Shown piece after piece: positions 53,446-64,000 of a DNA stretch of 64,000 nt. The notes under the pieces were generated by a model. The model searched no databases, had not been told where the DNA came from, and saw only the letters and a list, made by a program, of their open reading frames with translations. Every line of letters begins with the position of its first letter. The first letter of the stretch is position 1. Origin of the DNA: Hypanus sabinus (lineage: Eukaryota); the NCBI RefSeq assembly GCF_030144855.1, contig NC_082708.1:142414001-142478000 (forward strand), written 5' to 3'. The position numbers and the translations under genes are program-made.

Positions 53446-54450
53446 TTCCTGCTCTTTTGCAGCTACCAGAGAAGACAGAGATAACTTTGGTTTAACTTCA
53501 GTGTGAAAGGCATCACTTCCAATAAAGAGGCAATTCATTGTTACCACACTTTAATGTTTGCCTAGATCCTGTTCTCAAATCTCTGCTAGGAACTTTGACC
53601 CCATCGTATTTTCTATCAATTGAATCAGGACTAACATGAAAGTGCACTATTAAATGTATCCAGTGTTTGGAAAGTATTCAAAGAATCATAATCATTCAGA
53701 ATGAAAATGGGCCCTTTGGTCCTTCAAGTCCACATTGATCATCAAACATTAACACTACGCCAATAGCAATCTATTCTCCCCACATTCCCCTCAAAATTCC
53801 CACCCCCACCCCCAATGTTTTACACTCAGCTGCACACTTAGGGAATTTACAGCACCCATTTAACTATAGCACATCTCTGGGATGTGGGAGGAAATTGGAG
53901 CACCTGGAGAACACCCACAGGAAAGTGTGCAAAGTCCACAGAGACAGCGCTAAGCTCAGGATTGAACCTCGTCACTGGAGCTGTGAGCAGCATATCTGCT
54001 GCTGCCTAGTTTTCCTCAGCAACAGATGAAAATGGAAATGACTGAGCCTGCTTTGTTTCATACCTTCATCAAAACCTACCTACAAAATCTGGAAGCCATA
54101 TCGATAACAGATAACAGTATTTCAGTTCAAGAATCATTAAAGTTCTGGATTTGAGCACTGAGGGACTATCAACCTTTGCATTTCATTAAACCACCTGATT
54201 AAAAGCACAGAATAGCAAGTTGGAATGCATTTACTCTGCAGAAAGGTTGTTGCCACAACCAGATTAAAAGACAGGCTGGAATACATTCTCATATGTTTGC
54301 AGCAATATAGAACTTGATACTGTTCCTATTGGGGAGCAGCAGGGAGCAATGTGTGGTAAAATATTTTGTACCATATTGAATTTATTTAAGCAGCATGGTT
54401 ACTGAGTGAAAAGCTAATGTTCACTGTACTTGTGCATTGTTACTTTATAG

Positions 54451-54582
54451 TCCAAAGCCGAAATGGATTTAAAGATGAAAAACTACTGCATGAAAGGTCA
54501 AATTGATGCTTTGGCAGAACACGTCAACAATGCAGAGAATTTCAGAGCAAAAGATAATGAAATGAAAAGTGGGACTGATGTA
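54451..54582 (+). CDS. C4orf50: C4orf50-like exon L (132 nt, phase 0-0; SKAEMDLKMKNYCMKGQIDALAEHVNNAENFRAKDNEMKSGTDV)
   Basis: Acceptor ttgttactttatag, donor GTA|gtaagt, open frame. Confidence 0.7.
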
Positions 54583-54682
54583 GTAAGTCAAATATTTATT
54601 TTTCCATTGCAGACCCACCTGCCTTAACGTTGTTTACAATCCAGCAAAATAATATCTTGGAAGAATATTCCATTTTATATAG

Positions 54683-55177
54683 AAACTCCGTGGCCACTGA
54701 TTGTCTGTTCATGATCTTCTGCTACTGTACCCCGTCCACTTCAATGTGCATTCAGAGATGCTCTTCTGCACACCACACATTATAACACGTGATTATTTGT
54801 TGCCTTCCTGTCAGGTTAAACCAGTCTGGCCATTCTTCTCTGACCTCTCTCGTTGACAAAGCATTTTTGTCTTAGAACTACCACACACTGCATTTTTTTT
54901 GTTTTTGCACCATTCTCTGTAAACCCAAGAGACTATTCTGTGTAAAAATCCCAAGAGATCAGCAGTTTCTGAGTTATTCAAATCACTTTGGCACCAACAA
55001 TCATTCCATGGTTAAAGTCACAGATTACATTTCTTCCCCTTTGGTGTGTGGTCCAAAAACAACTGAACCTTTTGACAACATCTGCATGCTTTTATATGTT
55101 AAGCTGCTGTCACATGATAGACTGATGAAATATTTATATTAATGAGCAGGTGTACATAATAAAGTGGCCACTGAGTG
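54683..55177. mobile_element. Tc1-family non-autonomous DNA transposon
   Basis: TIR-like ends actccgtggccact and aataaagtggccactgagtg followed by TA. Confidence 0.65.
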
Positions 55178-55934
55178 TATTTTTAAAAAGCACAAGATAT
55201 TAAAAAATCATTATTTTGTAACAATACTACAACATTTGATCAGAATTTTGATCTTTGCTCTAATGGATTACAGCTTCCAACTCTATCAACGCATCCCTTT
55301 CTGATTGTTAGTATTTCAGTTGTGTGGCTCTAGTGTTTTACTTCATCTTTAATATTCGAGTGAAGTAGAAAGATCGAAAAGACGTTGATTATCAGAAAGA
55401 TTTATGCTTTTTTTTTAACTGAAACAAAATCAGTTCTAAACATCATAAATCTTTCTCCCATAATTGAAAATATCCTCTAGCTACTCTCAGTAATGCCATT
55501 TCCACAGATAGCAAACAGATGCCATTTGAAACATGTTGAGTGTGAGTCATTTGTAACACTGAAATGATCTGAACCTCAAGACCTCCCAATGTTTTGTGAA
55601 GCTGCAGTTTATCAATGGAGCTTGCAATTCATGTTCTGATTTCCCCTCCCCCAGTCCTTAACTAGCATAGTCTTCCGTCTGTGCACAACCTCACTGCAAT
55701 TTGTACTGTGATTGATGATTGCTTCTTAAAGTTTACTCATTTTCTTTCAAACCACTTATAATTAATAAAGCTTGTATCTAAACTGACTTATTGATACTTA
55801 AGTATACTTATAGTATACTTACTAAAAGGCAGAAAAAGAAATTTACATTACACACTGCAAAAATATATTGCAGCCAAGTGAATAATTTGAAGTGTTGACA
55901 TTATGCAGAATGGGGAACCCAGCTGCCTGTGTCA

Positions 55935-56443
55935 GAATAAAAGTCAGGCTTATTATCACTGTCTTATATCACATGCAATTTGTTGCCTTGCTGCAGCAGT
56001 GCAATACAAAGAAATAAATAAATTGTGCAAAAAAGGGAACAATGAGGTAGTATTTGTGGACCATTCAGAAATCTGATGATGGAGAGGAAGAAGCTTTTTC
56101 CTGAAACATTGAGAGTGGGTCTTCAGGCACCTATACCCTCTCTCTCTGATGAGAAGAGGGTATGACCTGGATGGTGAGGAGCATTGTGCCCATGAGTCTA
56201 TAATCCTCTGCAGCCTTTTGCGATCTTGTGCAATGGAGCCACTATACCAGATTGTGGTGTAACCATTCAGAATGCTCTCCATCATACATCTATAGGAATT
56301 TGTAAGAGTCTTTGGTGACATACCAAATCTTCTCCAACTTCTCACAAAGTAGAGCCACATGTGCATTCTTCATGATTGTATGAAGAATCACAGAGCCCAG
56401 AACAGATCCTCAGAGATGTTGACACCCGAGAACTTAAAGCTGC
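55935..56443 (-). mobile_element. Rex1/Babar-like 3' fragment
   Basis: LYFVRSWRRFGMSPKTLTNSYRCMMESILNGYTTIWY. Confidence 0.75.
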
Positions 56444-56521
56444 CTAGATGTGTGAAGCAGGGTCACAAATAAGGTGGATTGTCTAATGGGGAAAGGCTGG
56501 AGGGGCTAGAATTGTATCTAA

Positions 56522-56690
56522 GTAATACACACAAAATGCTAGAGGAATTCAGCAGGCCAGGCAGCATCTACGGAAAAGAGTATCGTCAACGTTTCAGGCC
56601 GAGATCCTTCAGCTGCCTGGCCTGCTGAGCTCCTCCAGGATTTTGTGTGTGTCACTTGGATTTCCAGCATCTGGGGATATTCTCTTGTGT
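56522..56690. mobile_element. Penelope-derived fold-back remnant
   Basis: acacacaaaatgctagaggaattcagcaggccaggcagc paired with gctgcctggcctgctgagctcctccaggattttgtgtgt as inverted arms around a partial hammerhead-like motif. Confidence 0.7.
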
Positions 56691-57351
56691 GTAGATTTGT
56701 ATCTATCTGTGTCTAAAGGAGTTAGAGGGCGCTTGACTGAGATAGACAAGGTCCTGAGCATCTTGACAGGGTGTGTATAACAGAATCTAGAACTAGAGAC
56801 ATGGCTGAAAAATAAAAGGCTGCTTTATTTTCTGAGAAGATCTTGAATCATAGGAAAACAAGTAAAACTGGAAATGCTTGAAATGGAAACAAGAACTGAA
56901 AATGTTGAGGACCTTAGTCAATCAAACAGCTGTTATGGAAAGACAAACATGCCAATACAACGGATCAAAGACCCTTCCTCAATACTGATCTTTGGAATTC
57001 TTTTCCTCAAAGGCTGATGGAAGCCGATTCATTTTTGAGGTAGCGTTAGAAAGATTCTTTATTTGCTAGGAGGTATAATGTTACCATGGGTATATTGATG
57101 TTTGTAGCTGTTGTTAAAGTTAAATCAATACAAATTATACAGCATTGGAGTGTGCCCTTTAACCCATGGTTTTCTGCTAACCATGATGCAAATATAATCG
57201 GAATCTGAATCAGCTTTAAGATCACTGGCATATGTTGTGAATTTTTGCTGTTATGTGGCTGCAGTACATTACAGCACATAATAATATAAAATGTAACTTA
57301 TAATAAATAAATATATACATATTTTAAAATTCAATTAAATAATTATTATTT

Positions 57352-58395
57352 ACCTGGATTATTGATTACCTGGCTGGCAGACCACAATACGTGCACTTGC
57401 AACACTGTGTGTCAGACAGAGTGGTCAGCAGCCCTGGGGCTCCACAGGGGACTATCCTGTCTCCATTTCTCTTCACCATCTACATCTTGGACTTCAACTA
57501 CTGCACAGAGTCTTACCATCTTCAGAAGTTTTCTGTTGACTCTGCCATAGTTGGATGCATCAGCAAGAGAGATGAGGCTGAGTATAGGGCTACGGTGGGA
57601 AACTTTGTCATGTGGTGTGAGCAGAATCATCTGCAGCTTAATGTGAAAAAGACTAAGGAGCTGGTAGTGGACCTGAGGAGGGCTATGCCACTGGTGACCC
57701 CTGTTTCCATCCAAGGGGCCAGTGTGCACATGGTGGAGGATTACAAATACCTGGTGATACGAATCGACAATAAACTGGACTGGTCAAAGAATACTGAGGT
57801 TGTCTACAAGAAGGGTCAGAGCCGTCTCTATTTCCTGAGGAGACTGAGGTCCTTTAACATCGGCTGGATGATGCTAAGGATGTTCTATGAGGCTGTGGTG
57901 GCCAGTGCTATCATGTTTGCTGTCGTGTGCTGGGGCAGCAGGCTGAGGGTAGCAGACACCAACAGAATCAACAAACTCATTCGCAAGGCCAGTGATGTTG
58001 TGGGGTTGGAACTGGACTCTCTGACTGGTGTCTGAAAAGAGGATGCTGGCCAAGTTGCATGCCATCTTGGACAATGACTCCCATCCATTCCATAATGTAC
58101 TGGTTAGGCACAGGAGTACATTCAGCCAGAGACTCATTCCACCGAGATGTAACACTGAGCATCATAGGAAGTCATTCCTGCCTGCGGCCATCAAACTTTA
58201 CAACACCCCCCTCAGAGTGTCAGACACCCTGAGCCAATAGGCTGGTCCTGGACTTATTTTCACTTGGCATGATTCACTTATTATTATTTAATTAATTACG
58301 GTTTTATATTGCTATATTTCTTCACTATTCTTGGTTGGCACAGCTGTAACGAAACCCAATTTCCCTCGGGATCAATAAAGTATGTCTGTCTGTCT
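57352..58395 (+). mobile_element. Relatively young Rex1 LINE 3' fragment nested in an opposite-strand Rex1/Babar-like copy (about 57205-59050)
   Basis: 214-aa ORF with GAPQGTILSPFLFTIY, HLQKFSVDSAIVG and KKGQSRLYFLRRLRSFN; AATAAA plus a (GTCT)n tail; the host element continues on both sides. Confidence 0.9.
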
Positions 58396-60493
58396 AAGAG
58401 CAGAAAGAGAAAAATAAAGTAGTGAAATAGTGTTCATAGGTTCAATGTCCATTCAGAAATCTGATGGAAGAAAGGAAGAAGCTATTCCTGAATGTTGAAA
58501 GTGTGCCTTTAGGATCCTGTACCTCCTCTGTTATCAATGAGAAGAGGTTGTGGGGGTCCTCATTGATGTTTACTAACTTTCTGAGGCATCGTTCCTTGAA
58601 GATTTCTAGGAAACTGGGTTGACTAGTGCCCATGATGGAGCTGACTGAGTTCTCAACTTTCTACAGCTTATTTCAATTCTGTGCAGTGACAATCCCCTCC
58701 CCTCACACTAGACAGTAATGCAGCCAGTTAGAACATTCTCCATGGTACATTTGTAGAAATTTGCAGGTGCCTTAGGTGACATACTAAATCTTCTCAAACT
58801 CCTAATGAAATATAGCCGTTGTTGTGCCTTCTTTGAAACTACATCAGAATGTGGGCCCAGGACAGATCCTCAGAAATTCTGACACCCAGGAATGTGAAAT
58901 TGCTCACCCTTTCCTCTTCTGATGCCTCAATGAATACAGGTGTGTGCCCCCTCATCTTACGCTTTCTGAAGTTCATAATCAATGTTTTGGTCTTATTGAT
59001 GTTGAGTGCAAGGTTGTTACTGTGATGCCACTCAACCAGCTGATCCCATCTGCCAGCAAATGGACTATTGCCCTTCATCCCTTGCCTGTTCAATGCCACT
59101 TAAATGTTACTTCTGCCACCCCTTCTGGCAGTGCATTACAAGCAGCTACCACTCTCCATATATATATATATATGAAAAATGCCTTATAAGTCTTTAATCT
59201 TTCTTCCTTCTTCCTCTCACCTTAAATATATGCTGTCTGTTATTTTTTATTTCTACCCTGGAGTAAAAAAAGACTCTGGCTAATAACCCTACCTATGCCT
59301 CTCAGAATTTAGTATAGTTTATTGTGTTGCCTCTCAGCATTCCAACTACCCAATGTCCTTCATTACTGCAGTTCAACTGACTTTAATATTTTGACACATG
59401 CAGTTTTGATGACTCAAATTCTTTCAGTGCAGTTTCCCACCACTGGCAATAATTTTCTATGTTCCCTTTGAATTACTGACTGAAAATCCCCCTCAGCTAT
59501 TCCTTTCCCTCTCAGATCTCCACACATCTCACTTTGTTCTAGTTTTAATTTGTCTATTGTGATCTCTTCCTCCTTGGCTTCGCATTTGTTTCTATGCAAC
59601 CTAGGATTTTATTTTACATTAAGCATGTTTGTGTGGAAATTGCTATTTTTCAGAATGGTTTAGTAGGTTAGTAGGTCAGAAATTCAGGTTAGAAAACGAC
59701 TCGTCTTATGCGGGTGAACTTTTTTTCCCACCTTGCATATGGGCATAATGGGAGAATTGAGATCATGTTGATCCCTGGAGCTGTTTGCCCTGCAGTTGTG
59801 CTATCTAAAGGGGACCTTGCTGACCATACTTTAGCCCGGTACTGAAAACTTGACTCAGGCAGGTACAGCCTTAGTTATTTATTATTACAGGGTCAAGTTC
59901 AGACTTCAAAGTCCCCACATCATTCTATTACCATTGTACCAGTCTTCACAGTCTTGCTGTCCTTACCTGACTCATCCCAGGCACCAATCACTGAAACCCA
60001 CCCCTCATTACACAATGGTTCAATGATCATAACAATGGTTGGTGCACACGCAATGACTGATTAACACATCTCTTCCATAGACAAAGAAATTATCAGTTGT
60101 TCCCACATCGCCTATGCTGCAAATGCTTCTTGAGAATGCAGAAACTTTGATGCTAACGTTTACCAATGTGATGTTCAATTCTTTAGAAACTTTACCAAGT
60201 CATGTTGCCTTCCTCCATTTTGCAAGGGGCAACCTGAATGGACACTGCTGCCAGACAGCATATGTTCCCTGGTTTGTTAAGGCTTCATCAGTTCTCTGTG
60301 TGCTGCCTTTGTCCCCTTGTTCAAACGCAGCAATTCTGCTTAATCATTGGACTCGGTTCACGGGTCAGTTGTTTCTTTCTCCTCAGTATATGAACACTTT
60401 GGGACATCATCCAATACATTATGAATATTATAGAAATATTGCAAATTAAGTCAATATTCATCAATTTAAAACAAAGTTTGTTTTTTTTTTCAG

Positions 60494-60550
60494 TTTGAGA
60501 GACTACAGAATGAAAACGCAAATGCCAAGTTGTTGATAGCTCCACTCAAG
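60494..60550 (+). CDS. C4orf50: C4orf50-like exon M (57 nt, phase 0-0; FERLQNENANAKLLIAPLK)
   Basis: Acceptor T10-cag, donor AAG|gtatct. Matches recalled LEELQKKQHEAKLAVTPLK of C4orf50. Confidence 0.85.
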
Positions 60551-60910
60551 GTATCTCATGGGTTCAATAAGCAGTTCACAAAGCTGATGTTTTTATAGCA
60601 TTTAATTTGGTATCACAAGATACATTTTTATTTATTTCTGCTTTCCCGGGCTTTTTTCTCCCATTTTCCTTGCAGCTTTACACAGTATTAAATCTGTCCT
60701 TTTTACTTATTCAGTATTATATTTAAAATATTGCAATGGTTTGGAAAAGCCCACAATAAAAGTTCAAAGTAGATTTTTATATGTTACCTTGAGATTCAGT
60801 TCCTTACAAGCATTTATAGGGAAAAAAGAAATGCATTAGAATTCTATGAGAAACTATCCATAAACAGATAAAGGCTGGCATGTAATATCTCACTTGTGCT
60901 TCACCTACAG

Positions 60911-61093
60911 GCGAAGCTGTCCTGCCTGATTCAGAAATGCCTTTGCAGAAACAGTCTGATTGTACATTTAGTGAGGGAACTTTACCAGCGTGGCCTTCCC
61001 AGTGCCGGTTTGATTGAAGAGGCTGAAGATATGTTGAATGATACTGCAATCCTGGAGTACACCCGCATGTTTCTGCCACCACATTGCCAACAG
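60911..61093 (+). CDS. C4orf50: C4orf50-like exon N (183 nt, phase 0-0; AKLSCLIQKCLCRNSLIVHLVRELYQRG...EAEDMLNDTAILEYTRMFLPP)
   Basis: Acceptor cttcacctacag, donor CAG|gtagga. Clear match to the recalled DUF4527 core [24 protein letters not shown]...NMLNDVALAEY...FLAP. Confidence 0.9.
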
Positions 61094-61590
61094 GTAGGAG
61101 GCTGGGTGTGCACTGCAGGCAGCCTTCTGTCAATATGCATTTGTAAATCCTTTTTCTGAAGTATTTTGAGTCATTTCCATCCATTGGAGTCACATTATAA
61201 ATTCAAATTATTGTTATTGATAAGCAGAATTAATGCAAGAGCTATCAGTACTAATAATGTTGCATTAGAATGCCTTTTAATCTTACAGCTCCATATAACA
61301 AAGAGAGATTGCACCTTACTCGATGCCATACCAATGTTTTTACTCAGCAGAGCCTCCTCATATACTAAAAAACCCACTCACCATACTGTCGTCCATTTAT
61401 TCCCATTCAACATGTATGTCATGTTTCCCTGTATCCCATGATTCAAATCTACTTCAATCAGTGCGTGTGCCAATGAGCTTCACATCCTCACCACTCTGCA
61501 CTGAAAATTTTCCTAAATTTTTTGTTTAGTTGGTGTCTTGTAGTCATGGTCATTTGTACGGATTCACTTGCAATGGAATTTTTCCATTAT

Positions 61591-62028
61591 ACTCGATAGT
61601 CTCTTAATAATAGAAAACTGATGTTTTTCTATTTTCCAGAGGAAAGATATATGTTGTGGTAAATTTTTGACCTAGTAGACAGTAAACACGTTTCAAAAGT
61701 TTCTTTTGTTGTAATTTTTTTTTATTGAAGTTCATCAAACAAACATTTCCATAAGATGTATTTCAGACATTGTACATATATATCATATAATCATATATAT
61801 CACAAAATCTCCACAAAGTATTTATCTGAGGTATACACTAATAGAAAAGAGTGGAAAGAAAAAACAAGCAAAAGGAAAGAACTATGTACAAGTAGGGAGT
61901 GATTTTTTTTTACAACTAGATAGTCCCTTAATAATAGAAAACTGATGTTTTTCTATTTTCCAGAGGAAAGATATATGTTCCGGTAAATTTTTGACCTAGT
62001 AGACCAGTAAATATGTTTCAAAAGTTTC
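61591..62028 (-). mobile_element. About 210-bp poly(A)-tailed retroposon fragment flanked by a roughly 113-bp direct repeat
   Basis: 61591-61703 and 61915-62028 are near-identical. The insert begins with a T-rich tract and tttatt, i.e. minus-strand AATAAA plus an A tail. Confidence 0.75.
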
Positions 62029-63149
62029 ATGTCTGTAAAGTCTTTCACGATCTCTGGAAAAGCGATGCATAAAATGCCACATCAGTGCAAATCTTTATTT
62101 TCCTCCCTACTAGTTATATTCTTTCCATTCAGGATGGGTTGGGTAAGAGAACAAAGTCTCCCAAATCATGTAGAAAAGGGCAGTTTGACTTATAATCTTC
62201 CCTAACTTAATTATGGTCCTTTGTTTTAGCGAAACTTGAACAATAATTCATCACCAGCTGGAATTTCTAAACAAGATCAAGGTCAGTAATGGGTATTTTA
62301 AATACATTAAAGAAAAATCATCCTCTCTATAAAAAGAAGCTTAGTTCAAATTTAGTTCAAAATGAATAGTTGGAATTTATATGTATGTAATCAACAATGA
62401 GGGTTGACAGTGACTGATAATTTTCCTTAATCCACCTGCCCCCTCTGTAACTAATGGCACATAATGCCATTCCACTTGTCATTACTGAGCCAGGCCAGAG
62501 AGGTAACCTATTCCCTGAGGTCACCCATTCCTGCGCGTTGGAAAGCATTGTACATTGCTTTGTAAGATTCTGAAGGTCTACCTACCAGTGAAGAACTGTA
62601 GATAGCTGAGTCTCCCTCAGATCCTTCAGGAAATAATACCATGGTTACAAATTGGTTAGGCTGCATTATTCTATGGCAAATGAAATGAAATGTTAGCAGC
62701 TGTGTAACTAATCTATTCAGAGATTGAAAACAAGTTGCTAGTGGATCTTGACAGGTTGAGCAGTATCTATGCAAGGTCTCAACCTGAAACATTTTTAATT
62801 CCTACCACCTCCCCCCCCCCCACCCTCATAGATGCTGGTTGGCCCACTGACTTTCTCCAGCAATTCATTTTATTGTGCTCCAGATTCCTGCAGTAGCTGT
62901 CTCTTGTGTCTCTATTCAGCAATTAAAGCAACTTTACTCCATCCCTGAGGTATGATGAGATAAACAAGTTTGACTAAGTGAAGCATAAAGCAGAATAACT
63001 TCTGAGCAGTCAATAGCCAGAGTATTTTTTGTATATTTATTATCTTAGTACAAGAACATTTCCCTCTTCATTAGTGCATTTCACTCATTTACATATATGG
63101 TTCAAGCTATATTCTTTAAATTATTGAAAAAGTTTTCAAAACTTTTTAT

Positions 63150-63720
63150 AGTCACAGAGAAGTACAGCACAGGAACAGGCCCTTCAGCCCATCTAGATCA
63201 TGCCAAAACTATTTAAACTACCTACTCGCATCAACCTGCACTGGGATCTTAGCTCTCCACACCCCTACTATCAATGTACCTGTCCAAACTTCTCTTATAT
63301 AACCATATAACAATTGCAGCATGGAAACAGGCCATCTCGGCCCTCCTAGTCCGTGCCGAACTCTTAATCTCACCTAGTCCCACCTACCCGCACTCAGCCC
63401 ATTACCCTCCACTCCTTTCCTATCCATATACCTATCCAATTTTACCTTAAATGACACAACTGAACTGGCCTCTATTACTTCTACAAGAAGCTCATTCCAC
63501 ACAGCTATCACTTTCTGAGTAAAGAAATACCCCCTCGTGTTGAAATCGAGCTCACATGCACCACTTATTCCACACTCTCATGACCCTCTGAGTGAAGAAG
63601 CTTCTCCTTATGTTCCCCTGAATCTTCCTACTTTTCACCCTTAACCTATGACCTGTGGTTGTAGTCCCACCCAACCTCAAGAGAAGAAGCCTGCTTGCAT
63701 TTGCACTATGTATAACCCTT
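63150..63720 (-). mobile_element. CR1-type 3' ends, one (about 63301-63538) nested in another
   Basis: Two acagc...aacaggcc.t.cggccc tails; the outer element resumes after 63538. Confidence 0.6.
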
Positions 63721-63864
63721 CTAAAAACATCTGGGGCTCAAAGAGTCATGTTTTGAGGAAGAAAAGTCGTGCTAGTTAAAGGTGCTATGCTCTGCTTCAA
63801 AAGTAGGGATATATCCTTTTTTTAGTGTGATACTGAGTGGTATAGGGCACAAAAGCACCACAGG

Positions 63865-64000
63865 TTTCAGAGCAACACACACAAAATGCTGGAAGAACTC
63901 AACAGGCCAGGCAGCATCTGTGGAGAAGAGTATGGTCCTGAGACCCTTCAATAGGACTGGAGAAAAGAAAATGAGAATCCAGAGTAAGAAGGTGGGGGGA
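63865..64000 (-). mobile_element. Penelope-like terminal repeat running off the window
   Basis: caacacacacaaaatgctggaagaactcaacaggccaggcagcatc...gagacccttca, as at 52.9 kb. Confidence 0.7.

Noticed and set aside
57391-58035. 214-aa RT-like ORF as an active element
   Set aside because: A 5'-truncated Rex1 fragment with the catalytic motif mutated (FSVD) and a frameshift near 58030.
473-62792. The many 60-170 aa ORFs on both strands
   Set aside because: They are antisense or alternative frames of repeats and exons, or chance ORFs lacking splice context and recognisable motifs.

Overview
Vertebrate genomic DNA. The repeat set (V-domain SINEs, CR1, Rex1/Babar, RTE, Penelope-type elements) points to a cartilaginous fish, probably a ray; that assignment is inference. 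Most of the window (5471 to at least 61093) lies within one + strand multi-exon gene for a long coiled-coil protein that I recognise as a C4orf50 (DUF4527) homologue. I can join 14 GT-AG exons by hand into one open frame of 3687 nt (1229 codons); the start and stop codons are not identified. The introns are packed with decayed retroelements and two DNA transposon remnants, several of them nested. Most notable non-genic items: (1) an antisense intronic class III (ERV-S/ERV-L-like) endogenous retrovirus remnant with a probable 5' LTR, a tRNA-Ser primer-binding site and a decayed gag, at about 25.2-27.1 kb; (2) several Penelope-associated minimal hammerhead ribozyme motifs, one with an intact core inside a roughly 75-bp hairpin; (3) a solo LTR with a 5-bp TSD; (4) a short poly(A) retroposon flanked by an unusually long (about 113 bp) direct repeat. 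I see no evidence of an intact, wholly new multi-gene system. All homology calls come from recalled motifs and need database confirmation.
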